This document shows, piece after piece, positions 27,795 to 41,369 of a DNA stretch of 64,000 nt; within the stretch, counting starts at the first letter, position 1; every line of letters begins with the position of its first letter. Below the pieces are notes generated by a model that was not told the origin of the DNA, searched no databases, and was given only the letters and a program-made list of their open reading frames with translations. Both the position numbers and the translations under genes were made by a program. Source of the stretch: Octopus vulgaris. Taxonomy: Eukaryota. The DNA is taken from contig OX597824.1 of assembly GCA_951406725.2 (NCBI GenBank), positions 9,610,001-9,674,000 of the forward strand, written 5' to 3'.

Positions 27795-28208
27795 GGATCT
27801 TTTCGGTTTGAACGGCAGTTTTTTCTAGCGGTGTCATATGAAACTGTCACCCATAATTATGACCCTAGTATCGATCTATTGCATTTCAATCTGTTTTAGG
27901 CTTAGGGTTAGGGGTGGGGGAAGGGTATCTTTTTTTCTTCAGAAATGTAAATAAACCCAATCTGTTTCTTAAACGAGGGGCATATTCATACGGCACAGAA
28001 TGTTTTCACCTCAATAGACGTCATTTATTGGTTGAAATTGCAGAAATTGAAGAAAAAAAAACAAATATCTTACAAACTATAGAATTTTCTAAATAAAGCC
28101 AAGAGAAAAAGATGTTTTATAAGCACATTCTACCAGTATACGAAGTTTAAAAGTGTTTAGTTACGTGGAAATTATTTTAAAAAACTGCCGTTCGAACCGA
28201 AAAGATCC
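27795..28208. mobile_element. Non-autonomous TIR DNA element (MITE-like), copy 2
   Basis: 29-bp TIRs with one mismatch; perfect 29-bp flanking direct repeat at 27766-27794 and 28209-28237. Confidence 0.92.
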
Positions 28209-29110
28209 GGAATTTCCGTTGAACAGAATAAACTTTTTTTCCTTACTCAGCGCAATCCTATAATTTCCTTGTACTCTCACAGCGAGCGACGACCTAACAA
28301 TTCTCGACGAATCACTGAATACATGAGACATCTCTTTTCCATATGCTATATTTACGATTATTCAAATCATGATTGTTTGTATAATATTACTTCTTTCGTA
28401 ATTTCGTTATTTTCTTCTCCGCCAACCTACCCACCCACCAATCCACACACATTTTTAGCTCGAAGAATATAATTCTATAGAAAGTTAGCTCGGCTGTCAA
28501 TTTGTATTTAACCTGCTGTTTCTCTTACGTCATATGACATCTCAACCAACCAACCACATAGCGAGGAGCTGTCTCTCGCTTGAATATCAGGTTTCCGATT
28601 GCCTATGGTTAAAATACAAGTGAAGACATTTCTAAAAGTTTTCTTCCAAAATCTGAAAAATAAAAACGAAAAACAAAGGACAACTATCAATTTTTCTTAT
28701 TATCAACTCCGTGCACGATTTCAATTTACTGTCTATCTACATACGTACCTCCACAACATATCAACCACGTTGAAAGTTTTCTTCCACTACAGTTGTTCTT
28801 TCCAATAATATTTATTTCTACAATTTCTGCAATTTTCGTTGTTCTTGCTATTTCTCTGCCGTCGTTATTGTTGTTCTTATTGATGTTGTCGACATGGACG
28901 TGGTTGTTGTAGCGTTTGTTACTTCTGTATTTGTTATGGCTAATTATGCCTTGCTTCTTTTGTTGTCTCTTAAAAATATCTTGTTTGTCCTATTACGTGT
29001 TCATGTTATACATTATATAAAAATCTACACATGCAAGCATGTATATCTTGATGTGTGCATATATAGATATATATATGTATGTATGTATGTATATATATAT
29101 ATATATATAT

Positions 29111-29145
<35 letters not shown>

Positions 29146-29334
29146 AGTATTTATGTGTGTGTGTGTTCGCTTGTTTGTTTGTCTATTCTAAAGCAGAGTA
29201 GTTCTCTTCGCACATCAAGATACACTTCCTCTGTTAGTTTCAAAGTTGCAATTACAAACGAATTCCATTCAAAGTATCAGCATGACGACATCATCTCAGA
29301 GTTGTCAACAGATGGGGCCTACATATACATATAC

Positions 29335-29388
<54 letters not shown>

Positions 29389-29406
29389 ACATTTATATAT
29401 ATATAC

Positions 29407-29470
<64 letters not shown>

Positions 29471-29568
29471 GTGCATTATATGTATATATATATATATACA
29501 CACGCTTTAGCGCATATATATATTATATAAATATATATATATATATATTTGTATATGTGTATTATATG

Positions 29569-29605
<37 letters not shown>

Positions 29606-29621
29606 GCACTTTAGCGCATAT

Positions 29622-29692
<71 letters not shown>

Positions 29693-30218
29693 CACACACA
29701 CACACGCGCGCGCATACATCCGTCCCGTTTGTGTTCATTAGGAAGGGAACCCGTATCAACGGAACGGGATTGGTAGGTGCAGCAGTAAACGTGCTTGATT
29801 TATTTATAATGCCACTGAATGCAACGCTCTCCTTTATTGTAATATCTTATAATTATTCTGTTACTCTTGTGGAAATATTAATATCCGCTGTTCAATTTGA
29901 TGTCTTCCAGCATAATTGTGTGTGACTCGGTATGTGAGACTAGAAATAGACAAGTCTGACGTGCTATTTATATGTATAAACATATGTGTGTCTGAGAGAG
30001 AGAGAGCGTATGCACATATATATGTGTGTGTGTGTGTGTGTGGTAGCTTGTGTGTGTGGTAGCTTGTGTGTGTGTGAATGTGTGTGCGTATATATGAATT
30101 TAGGCAACGAAAAAAAACGAAAAGAAAGACAACACAAGAGAGACATTTTTAACTAATATTCTATCAGTTGAGCGCTTAAAACGAAGGACGCGACATACAC
30201 ACACACACACATACATAT

Positions 30219-30250
<32 letters not shown>

Positions 30251-30285
30251 GCATGCATACATACATACATACATACATACATACA

Positions 30286-30319
<34 letters not shown>

Positions 30320-30445
30320 CATATACATATAAGCATGTATGTATAAATGTGTATATATATATATGTGTGTGTGTGTACATATGTGGATTGGTGTGTGTGT
30401 GACTGTGTAAAAATATAGACGTCTATGTTTGTATGTGTAGACATT

Positions 30446-30485
<40 letters not shown>

Positions 30486-30511
30486 AAAAAAGCAACAAGA
30501 ATGGATTAAAA

Positions 30512-30599
30512 TCTCGGTACGATCGTTTCGTACGAGGACATCTTTAATAAGCTACAAAAAATGCAGTGAATACAGATGGCTCGTACTCGTCAGCCGAAA
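30512..30599 (-). ncRNA. Type I hammerhead ribozyme motif (mirror copy)
   Basis: Exact reverse complement of 30844-30931. Confidence 0.8.
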
Positions 30600-30843
30600 A
30601 AATCAGAGATTTCCCAAACATCAAAAGGGGTAGATACAAAAGAGGTTGTAAGATTAACTGCATTGAAGAAAGTTCGATTCATGGAGATCCGATGAAAGGT
30701 TTTAAACCTGTAGAATTTATGCATAAATTCTACAGGTTTAAAACCTTTCATCGGATCTCCATGAATCGAACTTTCTTCAATGCAGTTAATCTTACAACCT
30801 CTTTTGTATCTACCCCTTTTGATGTTTGGGAATTCTCTGATTT

Positions 30844-30931
30844 TTTCGGCTGACGAGTACGAGCCATCTGTATTCACTGCATTTTTTGTAGCTTATTAAA
30901 GATGTCCTCGTACGAAACGATCGTACCGAGA
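30844..30931 (+). ncRNA. Type I hammerhead ribozyme motif, intact core
   Basis: Stem I tttcgg/ccgaga; CTGACGA 30850-56; stem II gtacgag/ctcgtac (7 bp); GAAA 30914-17; palindromic stem III cgatcg; GUA triplet ending 30925. Confidence 0.88.
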
Positions 30932-31089
30932 TTTTAATCCATTCTTGTTGCTTTTTTCCTATTTATAATCACCCCACTTGTCGTATGGTTAACACCATAT
31001 AGATATCCGGTGCATCCTAGTTAAGGACCATATTCATGTGAATTCTTTAGAATTCACTAGAATCTCAATTACTTAACCGTATATATATA

Positions 31090-31163
<74 letters not shown>

Positions 31164-32040
31164 CATATACATATAAGCATCTATATATAAATGTGTATAT
31201 ATATATATATATATAAGTATGTATGTATGTGTGGGTGGGTGCGTGTGTATATGTGCTTATATACATGTAGACATGCACACTTATACACGCATACATCCAT
31301 ACAGTCTGTAAATTGGTGTAGTCGTTAATGTATCGGATGGAATGATTCACAGTTTTCGCTTTGATTCTGCGCTCTAAGTTCGAATTCCAATATTTATCTG
31401 TTCGTATTCGATATCCAATTTCTCAGCTTTCTCAACCTCGCTTCATCAACGACGCCCATCTTCGTTTGAAGAATATCTGCAAGAGAATCATGAAGTCGCA
31501 TTACATGATAGCTAAAAATGATAGGAAATTATTGAGGATTTTTCCCACAGGAGAATAAAGCGACAGAAGGGTTTGTAGCGTTTTGAAGGAAGGCTGATGT
31601 TTAGGGGAAATTTTTATTATTCTGGGGCGTTGTCTTTTTATTTTGAAATGGGACTGAAAAGAAATAACTACAAGTTCAAGTGCTGTCACTGCAACCAGGT
31701 CTGTCATTCACATATGGGGTTCTGCAAAATAACAGCTAACCCTATTCTGGCGACAAATCGAAGCTAGACGTTCCAGGCGCAAATCCAGGCTCTCATGACA
31801 ATAAGATATACCTATATATAGATATGTGCGTATGTATGCGTATATGTATGTAACTCCATTTATTTACTTATACAACACAAATTACTGCACATCAACCCGG
31901 AGTTTCTACCTTTGAATATGTCGCTTCATCCGTGTTACTTGCGTGAATTTTGCTACCCTGGTAACTGTTTATTGAATTTTCCATGTTAACGGTAAACAAA
32001 GGATAATTAATTCATCCATTTATGTGTGTGTGTGTGTGTG

Positions 32041-32072
<32 letters not shown>

Positions 32073-32275
32073 AATATATATATATAAGTATCTATGTATG
32101 TATAAGTATGTATGTGTCTTTTACCTTTTTCCCTTATCTGTTTCAGTCATTAGACCCCAGTCATGCTGGATCATCGCCTTCAAAAATTTGTAATAGTCAA
32201 ATGAATTAACCCCAGTACTAATATTCTTAAGCCCGAAACTTATCTTTCAAACTGCTAAGTTACGGGGACGTAAAT

Positions 32276-32373
<98 letters not shown>

Positions 32374-32588
32374 GCAAAATGAAGTCAATCCATATAATGG
32401 TATTTGCATTCTTAATATTATTCGTTGGTTTGATTTTATTCTATTCTTTAAACAACTCTGTATCGCATACAAAATGGCCACTTCAAAATTCTTTCACCTG
32501 GATGCTATAACAAGTATTTGGAGTGATTTTTCTATTAGAATCGAATCTAATTCTGGTAAGGTGCATCGCTTCTAAGCACACACACACA

Positions 32589-32648
<60 letters not shown>

Positions 32649-32655
32649 CATATAT

Positions 32656-32898
32656 ATTCTTTTATTCTTTTATTTGGTTCAGTTATCTGACTGCGGCCAT
32701 GTGGGAGCACCACCGCTAGTCGAACAAATCGACGCCAGGAATTATTCCTTGTAAGCCTAGTACTTATTCTATCAGTGTCTTTAGCTGAACCGCTAAGTTA
32801 CGGGGACGTAAACACACAAACATTGGTTGTCAAGCAATGGTGCGGGGACAAGCGCAGACAAAGAAACATATATATGTATATATATATGTATATATATG

Positions 32899-32975
<77 letters not shown>

Positions 32976-33137
32976 ATATACAATAGGCTTCATCCAGTTT
33001 CCGTCTACCAAATCCTTTCACAAGGCTTTGGTCGGCCCGAGGATAGAATAGAAGACAAGTACCCAAGTTACCACGCAGTGGGACTGAACCCGGAACCGTG
33101 TGGTTGGTAAGGAACCTATTTACCACACATCCATTCC
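32656..33137 (-). mobile_element. SINE family C
   Basis: Reverse complement of the full C structure with expanded internal (TA)n. Confidence 0.85.
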
Positions 33138-33147
33138 AATATATACA

Positions 33148-33220
<73 letters not shown>

Positions 33221-33242
33221 TGCATGCATGCATGTATGTATG

Positions 33243-33305
<63 letters not shown>

Positions 33306-33352
33306 AATTACATACGTACATATTCTTTTTATGAAGTTGTGTATCTGATTTA

Positions 33353-33414
<62 letters not shown>

Positions 33415-34224
33415 AAGAGGAGAGCAGAAAGCGATGCACAACTCCATTAAAAAAATTTCCAGAAATGTAAATAACTCAATACAGGATGGAGAGAAAATTA
33501 TAAGTTTTATTATAGGCTGAAATTTTATACATTGCCACTGTTAGTTTCACGTTTCACCGGTTTTCAGACAATCAACTTTATAGATGAGACAACTTTGTAT
33601 TCATATGTAAAAATCATTGAATGAAACACGTTAACAATAGCAAGACTATTTGATGTTTTCAGTACGTTATTGTATAAATCAATCGTCTGCCGCTCGCTCG
33701 TTTTTCTTTGATATTTGATGACAAAAAAATAACGAAATTTTATTCATGTTATCTGAAGAAATATGTTTGTTATTATTATTTTTTAGAAAGTGGATGAATA
33801 TAGTACGTGACTATACGCTCTACAACCGTTAGGTGATTCGAAATATTTTAACAAATAATTATATTTATAGTGACAAAAGGGTTATCGATTCTCAGCGTTT
33901 GTTCAAGCTGGAATCTTTATCAAATAGTACGTTTATTTTCTACGAGAGTGTCACAACTATAGTTACTCTGTTAATCAGGTTTGGTGTTTTGTTATGATTC
34001 CAGTTAATTTTATAGTCTTTAACTTTATTATTTCTCTTGTGTGTGTTTTTAGTTAGTGAATTCCTGTACTTGTCAATCATTCGACAACGGCCATGTTGAT
34101 GCGCCATATCAAAGGTTCTAATCCATCATATCGCTCCCTCTACGTGCATTTCTTTTAAGCTGGTTACATATGCAGAAGATTTTTTCCTCGGAGCCGCTAA
34201 GTTACAGGAATGTAACAAACGGCC

Positions 34225-34465
34225 TCCAGATGACTTCGGAATCTCCTGCAACTATTCTAGACGGTCTCCTTGTTTAAGATGGTGAATGCTGCCATAATTC
34301 CTGCCTTCAGTTCATCCTTAGTGTTACAAGGAGTTTTGTTGGTCTCTCATTCAACTGCGCCCCACACAATAATCAAGGCGGATTGTAGTATGGGGAGTTA
34401 GGTGGCCAGATGCTAGGGGTGATGTGGTCGTAGAAATTGTCTCACAGCCATGACTGGGTTCTCCG
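34225..34465 (-). pseudogene. IS630-Tc1-mariner transposase C-terminal remnant
   Basis: Minus strand gives TQSWL*DNFYDHITPSIWPPNSP..N then, after frameshifts, VWGAVE*ETNKTPCNTKDELKA (cf. WPPNSPDLNPLDYxVW). Confidence 0.75.
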
Positions 34466-34702
34466 GCTTGTATTGTTTCTTTTATGTATTTTCCTTCACT
34501 CGGATGAAGGCCTATGTACCAGATCGGATGGGCTATAGAATATGACGAATATTATTTGTCAGAATTTTCTTTGGCAGCGCTGAGGGACATTGGAAGCAGG
34601 AACGGCCGATGGAGGTGATAAAATTTTGTATTAAAAAATAATAATCCAAAGAAGTCAATTTGCTTGTTGATCAAGGATGTTCTCTATTTTTGCTTAATTT
34701 AT

Positions 34703-34758
<56 letters not shown>

Positions 34759-34893
34759 ATATATACATATGTATACATCTATATGCATATACATATATGC
34801 ATATGTATATATATACGTATATATATATATATGCACATATATATATATACATATATATACACACAAATATACATATATATATATACGCATATT

Positions 34894-34930
<37 letters not shown>

Positions 34931-35072
34931 AGAGTTTACGAAAAAACAAAAGACGAGAGACAGGTGGTGTACAAAGCAAACAGATGTATTAGTATAACGC
35001 TCAGGAATAGAAAAAGTCTTTTACGTTTCGAGCCTACGCTCTATACATACATATGTACATATACATGTATAC

Positions 35073-35229
<157 letters not shown>

Positions 35230-35263
35230 ATGTACAACTTTGTAAACTTTAGTTCATTAAAAC

Positions 35264-35499
35264 CAGTGCTTCTCAACCGGGTTCCTTTATAGGCCCTGGG
35301 GGTTGCATAGAATTTTATTTTTTAAAATCTAATACAAATTGGTTATACGTCTACAATACACAAATTATTTCAAGAACTTTTTATACAATTCCTAATGTTT
35401 AATTATAAGAATAAAATGAAATGTTTTGAAAACATAAAATTGCTCGGAGTGTCCATCCGATTAAAACTGGTAAAAATAAAAGCGGTTGAGGAATGACTC
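35264..35499. mobile_element. Degenerate hAT-like MITE
   Basis: Left end cagtgcttctcaacc and imperfect right end ggttgaggaatgactc resemble CAGTGGTTCTCAAC-type hAT termini; no clear TSD. Confidence 0.45.
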
Positions 35500-35707
35500 A
35501 ACACGCAATAGGAGATACGACTTGATGTCTAGAGGCATTAAACAAACAGAGAGGATGGATTCGAATTATATCACTTGTAGAAAATATGAAACAGTGAAGT
35601 CAAATTAGCAAGGAAAGAGCGATTTTTTTTTAGTAAGTATTCATCTCATTAGCCTAAGTGCATATGTGTGTAGCTATGTATGTATATACATATATATATA
35701 TATATCA

Positions 35708-35754
<47 letters not shown>

Positions 35755-35772
35755 TATATATATATATATATA

Positions 35773-35800
35773 TAGACTGATAGATAGATACATAGATAGC

Positions 35801-35844
<44 letters not shown>

Positions 35845-35875
35845 TAGATAGATAAATAGATAATTAGATAGATAT

Positions 35876-35945
<70 letters not shown>

Positions 35946-35978
35946 GGCTAGATGGATAGATAGACAGATGGCTAGATG

Positions 35979-36021
<43 letters not shown>

Positions 36022-36054
36022 GGCTAGATGGATAAATAGACAGATGGCTAGATG

Positions 36055-36089
<35 letters not shown>

Positions 36090-36122
36090 GGCTAGATGGA
36101 TAGATAGACAGATGGCTAGATG

Positions 36123-36189
<67 letters not shown>

Positions 36190-36222
36190 GGCTAGATGGA
36201 TAGATAGACAGATGGCTAGATG

Positions 36223-36293
<71 letters not shown>

Positions 36294-36350
36294 GGCTAGA
36301 TGGATAGATAGACAGATGGCTAGATGGATAAATAGACAGATGGCTAGATG

Positions 36351-36421
<71 letters not shown>
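35773..36421. repeat. (GATA)n array with recurring gatggctagatg variant units
   Basis: Directly visible higher-order structure. Confidence 0.92.
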
Positions 36422-36891
36422 GTTCAATCTTCCGTGAAGTTCTCAATTTCTCATTTTCTTAATCAATGATTCACATTTTAATTTACAAACACACGCACAC
36501 ACACACACAAACACACACATGCATATATATAAATAGAAAAGAGCGAAAAAACTACAGAATGCTTGTTTTATAAGGTTAAAGAATATATTTAAGTCGTTAT
36601 GTTAGAAAATTATAACGACTTAAATATATTCTTTAACCTTATAAAACAAGCCTTCTGTAGTTTTTTCGCTCTTTTCTATTTTTTATACATCGAACCATGT
36701 GCTTTCACACACCAACTTTCTCAAGCCGGAACGACTCGAGCGCCGGAGTCGCTTCTGAATGCCGATTTGATGGACGGAGCGAGCTTATGTATACACAAAC
36801 ATTTGATCACTATAAACAAATTATCTGTATGGTTGTTGGGCAAGAATTTGCCGAGCCCCAAAAAGGTCAATAAATACTTGCCATTACATTT

Positions 36892-37358
36892 TTAATCAAC
36901 CAAATATGAACCATTTTGTTGTACAATGGGTCTCCATCTTTTCTTTAACTTGAAAATACCCTCTTCACAGAATTGAGGTGGTTTCATGGCAAATAATTCA
37001 TCAAGGTATCTTTTTACCATTTAGACAATTCTGCAGAGACCTGAATAAGTGGAAATCCGAAGGAGCAATATCTAGTGAATATGGAAGGTGGGGCAACACA
37101 TCCCAGCCGAGCTGCAGCAATTTTTGTCTGGTTCCCAAAGCATCAAGTGCCAAAAATGAACTTTCTTATCTTCCATTTTAAAGGGTTGCAGAATTAACAC
37201 AGGTTATAGGAACATAAACCTTCTTCCACAAAAAGATAGCTTAAACCGTGCTCTAAATGGAGGTGTAGTGAAATCCTATTTTATGGACTCAACCATGTTC
37301 TAAAATAAGTCGAAAGTTAAGCTACTATAAATCGGCACGAACTTTCCGGACAACGCAC
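36892..37358 (-). mobile_element. Internally deleted mariner element
   Basis: TIR-like end gcacgaactttccggacaacgcac|TA at 37358; ATG at 37176 gives MEDKKVHFWHLML, joined to TRQKLLQLGWDVLPHLPYSLDIAPSDFHLFRSL and EGIFKLKKRWRPIVQQNGSYLVD*. Confidence 0.85.
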
Positions 37359-37888
37359 TATATATGTTCTCATGTAGACATACATACATTTACAGGTATA
37401 TAAACAAGTTCATAGATATACTTATACATATGCACACATTCAAATATAGAACACAGCTTTTCCCAATACAGCTGTGTTTCGTGCGATACACAAGAGACAA
37501 CTGTATTCTATGTATATTATCTTTAAACGCACCAATTTACCTAATAAACTTCGCCTAACATATATAATATCAGACTATTGCTTTTTTTGTAATTTTAATA
37601 CGAAATTCAGAAACTTTGTGATGAAATATTTTGTCTGAATTTCGCTTGGAAGATTGACTATCGATAAAATATAAAGATTCACGAAAATTAACTTTAGGTG
37701 AGAAAGTGTTTGTCATACACCTCCACGTGTTGCCATAGACATCAACATTATTGGAATAAATGTCTAGTTTTTTTTTGTGACTTTTTTCTTTTTCGTTTTC
37801 TTTTTATTTCTTTTTTGCTTTCTTTTCTTCTATTCATGGGTTTCTTTTTTCAGTTCGCTTCGAACTGTGAAAGAATGTACATATGTAT

Positions 37889-37927
<39 letters not shown>

Positions 37928-37947
37928 TCTGTGTGTATAGTGTATAT

Positions 37948-38275
37948 GAGGGCGCGTGGCTTAGTGGTTAGGGCATTCGGCTCATGATCGTAAGGTTGTG
38001 AGTTCGATTCCCGGCGACGCGTTGTGTCCTTGAGCAAGACACTTTATTTCACGTTGCTCCAGTCCACTCAGCTGGCAAAAATGAGTTGTACTTGTATTTC
38101 AAAGGGTCAGCCTTGTCACTCTCTGTGTCACGCTGATTATCCCCGAGAACTACGTTAAGGGTACACGTGTCTGTGGAATGCTCAGCCATTTGCACGTTAA
38201 TTTCATGAGCAAGCTGTTCCGTTGATCGTATCAGCTGGGACCCTCGTCGTCGTAACCGGCGGAGTCTTTTTTTTA
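37948..38275 (+). mobile_element. Chimeric SINE: CORE-like head plus family D 3' body
   Basis: Head shared with the 51110 element, 3' half shared with D; 11-bp TSD atagtgtatat at 37937-47 and 38276-86. Confidence 0.85.
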
Positions 38276-38361
38276 ATAGTGTATATATATATGTTGTACG
38301 CGTATACCTCTATTTATACGATGCAAATGCACTGCACGCACGCAAAAGTACACAAGCACAC

Positions 38362-38443
<82 letters not shown>

Positions 38444-38969
38444 TCTGTGAATTACTATGTATGCATGAGTATATGTGTATTTGAATGCAGATAGATACAT
38501 ACATACATACATACATACATACATACGTACATACATACGTACATACATACATACGTAGATAGGTAGGTAGGTAGGTAGGTAGGTAGGTAGGTAGGTAGGT
38601 AGGTAAGTAGGTAAGGAGGGAGGGAGGGAGGGAGGTTGCTAGGTAGGCAGGCAGAAAGACCGATAAGATTGATAGATAAAATAAATATATGAACTCTCTC
38701 AAGCTGCATGAATGATTTGCTCATATATGATGAAAGCCTCCACACATTTTTGATAAGAGTAACATGGCGCGTAGTCTGATACGTGTTACCTCAAAAGAAC
38801 TTGTCACGATTTATACCGGAGAAACTATTTCTTAGACACAGAGGTTTTAATGAGAGCTGCTGGTTGCCTCACTGTTGAAGACTTTACGGCATACCGGACA
38901 CCAGCCAGAATTTCAATCATGCCTGTATCTTGGTGTCTTTCCTGCAAGCACTTCTCTGCAGGTTACTCT

Positions 38970-39200
38970 GGTGGCGAGCTGGCAGAAACATTAGCACGCC
39001 GGATGAAATGCTTAGCGGTATTTCGTCTGCCGCTACGTTCTGAGTTCAAATTCTGCCGAGGCCGACTTTGCCTTTCATCCTTTCGGGGTCGATCAATTAA
39101 GCACCAGCTACGCACTGGGGTCGATGTAATCGACTTAATCCGTCTGTCAGTCCTTGTTTGTCCTCTCTGTGTTTAGCCCCTTGTGGGTAGTAAAGAAATA
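38970..39200 (+). mobile_element. SINE family B
   Basis: Full head, body and tail; flanking repeat aggttactctggtggc overlaps the head. Confidence 0.9.
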
Positions 39201-39450
39201 GGTTACTCTGGTGGCCGGACGTTTGTACCTGCTTACACGTTTTCAGTAGAGCCCCGAACATACGTGTATATGTGTGCGATGTATTATCAAACAGTTCCCG
39301 GAGAAGTTCCGCAGCCTGCCAACAGATGGCAGTACACGGTTGCGTGTGCAGTGAGAACTAACAGTGGCCTACATGAAGCAGTGTACCGAGTGACATCATT
39401 GTGTTTACTTCGCAAGTTGTTAGATTTGTGTTTTTGTGATCATGATCATA

Positions 39451-39612
39451 GGCGCAGGAGTGGCTGTGTGGTAAGTAGCTTGCTTACCAACCACATGGTT
39501 CCGGATTCAGTCCCACTGCGTGGCATCTTGGGCAAGTGTCTTCTGCTATAGCCTCGGGCTGACCAATGCCTTGTGAGTGGATTTGGTAGACGGAAACTGA
39601 AAGAAGCCTGTC

Positions 39613-39658
<46 letters not shown>

Positions 39659-39891
39659 GTGTGTATATATTTGTGTGTCTGTGGTTGTCCCCCTAGCATT
39701 GCTTGACAACCGATCCTGGTGTGTTTACGTCCCTGTAACTTAATGGTTTGGCAAAAGAGACCGATAGAATAAGTACTGGGCTTACAAAGAATAAGTCCCG
39801 GGGTCGAGTTGCTCGACTAAAGGCGGTGCTCCAGCATGGCCGCAGTCAAATGACTGAAACAAGTAAAAGAGTAAAAGAGTAAAAAAGAGTA
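39451..39891 (+). mobile_element. SINE family C
   Basis: Full-length copy with (taaaagag)n tail. Confidence 0.92.
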
Positions 39892-39914
39892 TGTGTATGC
39901 TGTAGTCGGCGATT

Positions 39915-40785
39915 TTTGTGGACAGGAAGTTGGAACAAAGTGCCAATGTGAACTTTTGCGTCAAACTCGGTAAGTCTGCAACAGTGACATTGAGCATGAT
40001 TTAGCAAGCTTATGACAACGAGGTAATTGATAGTAGATAGTGTTTCGAGCTGCACGAGCACTTCAAAAACGGAAGAACGTTCCTGGAAGACGAAGAGCGA
40101 TATGGAAAACCTGCCACGAACGCCTACCCCCGAAATGTGGAGAAAAATCATCAGCCTGTGAATGAGAATCATCAGAGGACAGTCAACAACACTTTTGATA
40201 TTGTTAGTGTGTCGTATGGGTGCGTCTGAAATGAGCATGCGGCGTGTCTCTGCCAAGTTTGTCCCCCGACTCCTGACCATTGAACAGCAAGAACATCGGC
40301 GTCGGAGTCTGTCTGTATCTGAGGAACCATCCTTAATGTCGGTAACAAGATTTAGGTCTACGAATACGACCCAGAGACGAAGCAGCGGTCGTTCCAATGG
40401 AAGAGGCCTTATTTCTACTATCGAAGAAGGCACGATAGAGCCGCAGCTCAGTCATGAGCATGCTCATTATTATTTTCGATATCAGCAATATTGTGCATCG
40501 ACAATTTCCCCCCAGGGCCAGACCGTCAGTCGAGAGATCTACTGCGACGCTTTGAGGCGTCTGAGGGAGGGCATATGGCGTAAGTGACCGGCTCTGTGGA
40601 GCGCAAAGAATCTTATTCTTCACGACGACGTGCGTTTCGCGCCAAAAACAACATATCACTGAGCAAATAGCAAAAGGCCCTTCACTCGCTTGCGGAAATC
40701 TACTTCCAGGCCGAATTCCAAAAGTTACAGGAGCGCTGGGACCGGTGTATTGCTTTACAAGGTGACTATTTCGAATGAGATGATA
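39915..40785 (+). pseudogene. Degenerate mariner transposase
   Basis: LEQSANVNFCVKLGKSAT, MRRVSAKFVPRLLT (cf. WVPREL), PQGQTVSREIYCDALRRLRE...LILHDD and QERWDRCIALQGDYFE in broken frames. Confidence 0.88.
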
Positions 40786-40884
40786 TTAAAATTTAGGTAC
40801 ATAATATATTATTTATCAAACACATGAAATTAAAGAAGAAAATGCACACAGTTTACGTAGTTTTAATATATTATATATTGCGTT

Positions 40885-40917
40885 TGTCAACCGGTTTCGC
40901 TTTCGCTAATCATGACA
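40885..40917 (-). ncRNA. Minimal hammerhead motif, A3-U8 core variant, GUU triplet
   Basis: Minus strand reads tgtc-ATGATTA-gc-gaaa-gc-GAAA-ccgg-TT-gaca. Confidence 0.65.
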
Positions 40918-41336
40918 TTAAAATTGTTTTAAATTGCGTATTTTCTTAGGAAAAAGTTTCTGCCCATTATGTGTGTGGAGTTTATGAATGATTGATTCAT
41001 CAAGTAGAAAAATCTAAAACACTACAGAGCACGTCAAAATATGTACGAATAACCAACTTTGATCGCTATGCATATTTTAATTCAGGATTACATAGCCATC
41101 ACTATACATATTTCTCCGTACTACTCTAGCTTTTGAATTTTTGTGTATATATATATATTCACACATACACACACAGGCACACATCGAAAGATGAACAATT
41201 GTGTCCCCTATCCACAATAAAAGCGATCACCAATTACATCCCCTTAGATTTTTCTACTTGTTGAATCATTCATTCATTCACTCCACACACAACATAGACA
41301 AAATATGTTTTTTAAGACATAATTAAAATAATTTAA

Positions 41337-41369
41337 TGTCATGATTAGCGAAAGCGAAACCGGTCGACA
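41337..41369 (+). ncRNA. Minimal hammerhead motif, A3-U8 core variant, GUC triplet
   Basis: Reads tgtc-ATGATTA-gc-gaaa-gc-GAAA-ccgg-TC-gaca; all three stems pair. Confidence 0.72.

Larger units (their letters stand above)
30481..31079 (+). mobile_element. Hammerhead-bearing Penelope-pLTR-like insert with a 482-bp palindrome, in (TA)n
   Basis: 30481-30962 is a spacer-less inverted repeat centred at 30721/30722 with one mismatch; 117 extra bp on the right; (TA)n on both sides. Confidence 0.8.

Noticed and set aside
30566-30877. Two near-identical 95-aa ORFs on opposite strands
   Set aside because: Simple consequence of the palindrome; no recognisable domain.
35016-35041. Hammerhead 3' half on the minus strand (gagc-gtag-gctc-GAAA-cg-TA)
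   Set aside because: The 5' core and stem I strand are replaced by microsatellite, so it is not a complete ribozyme.
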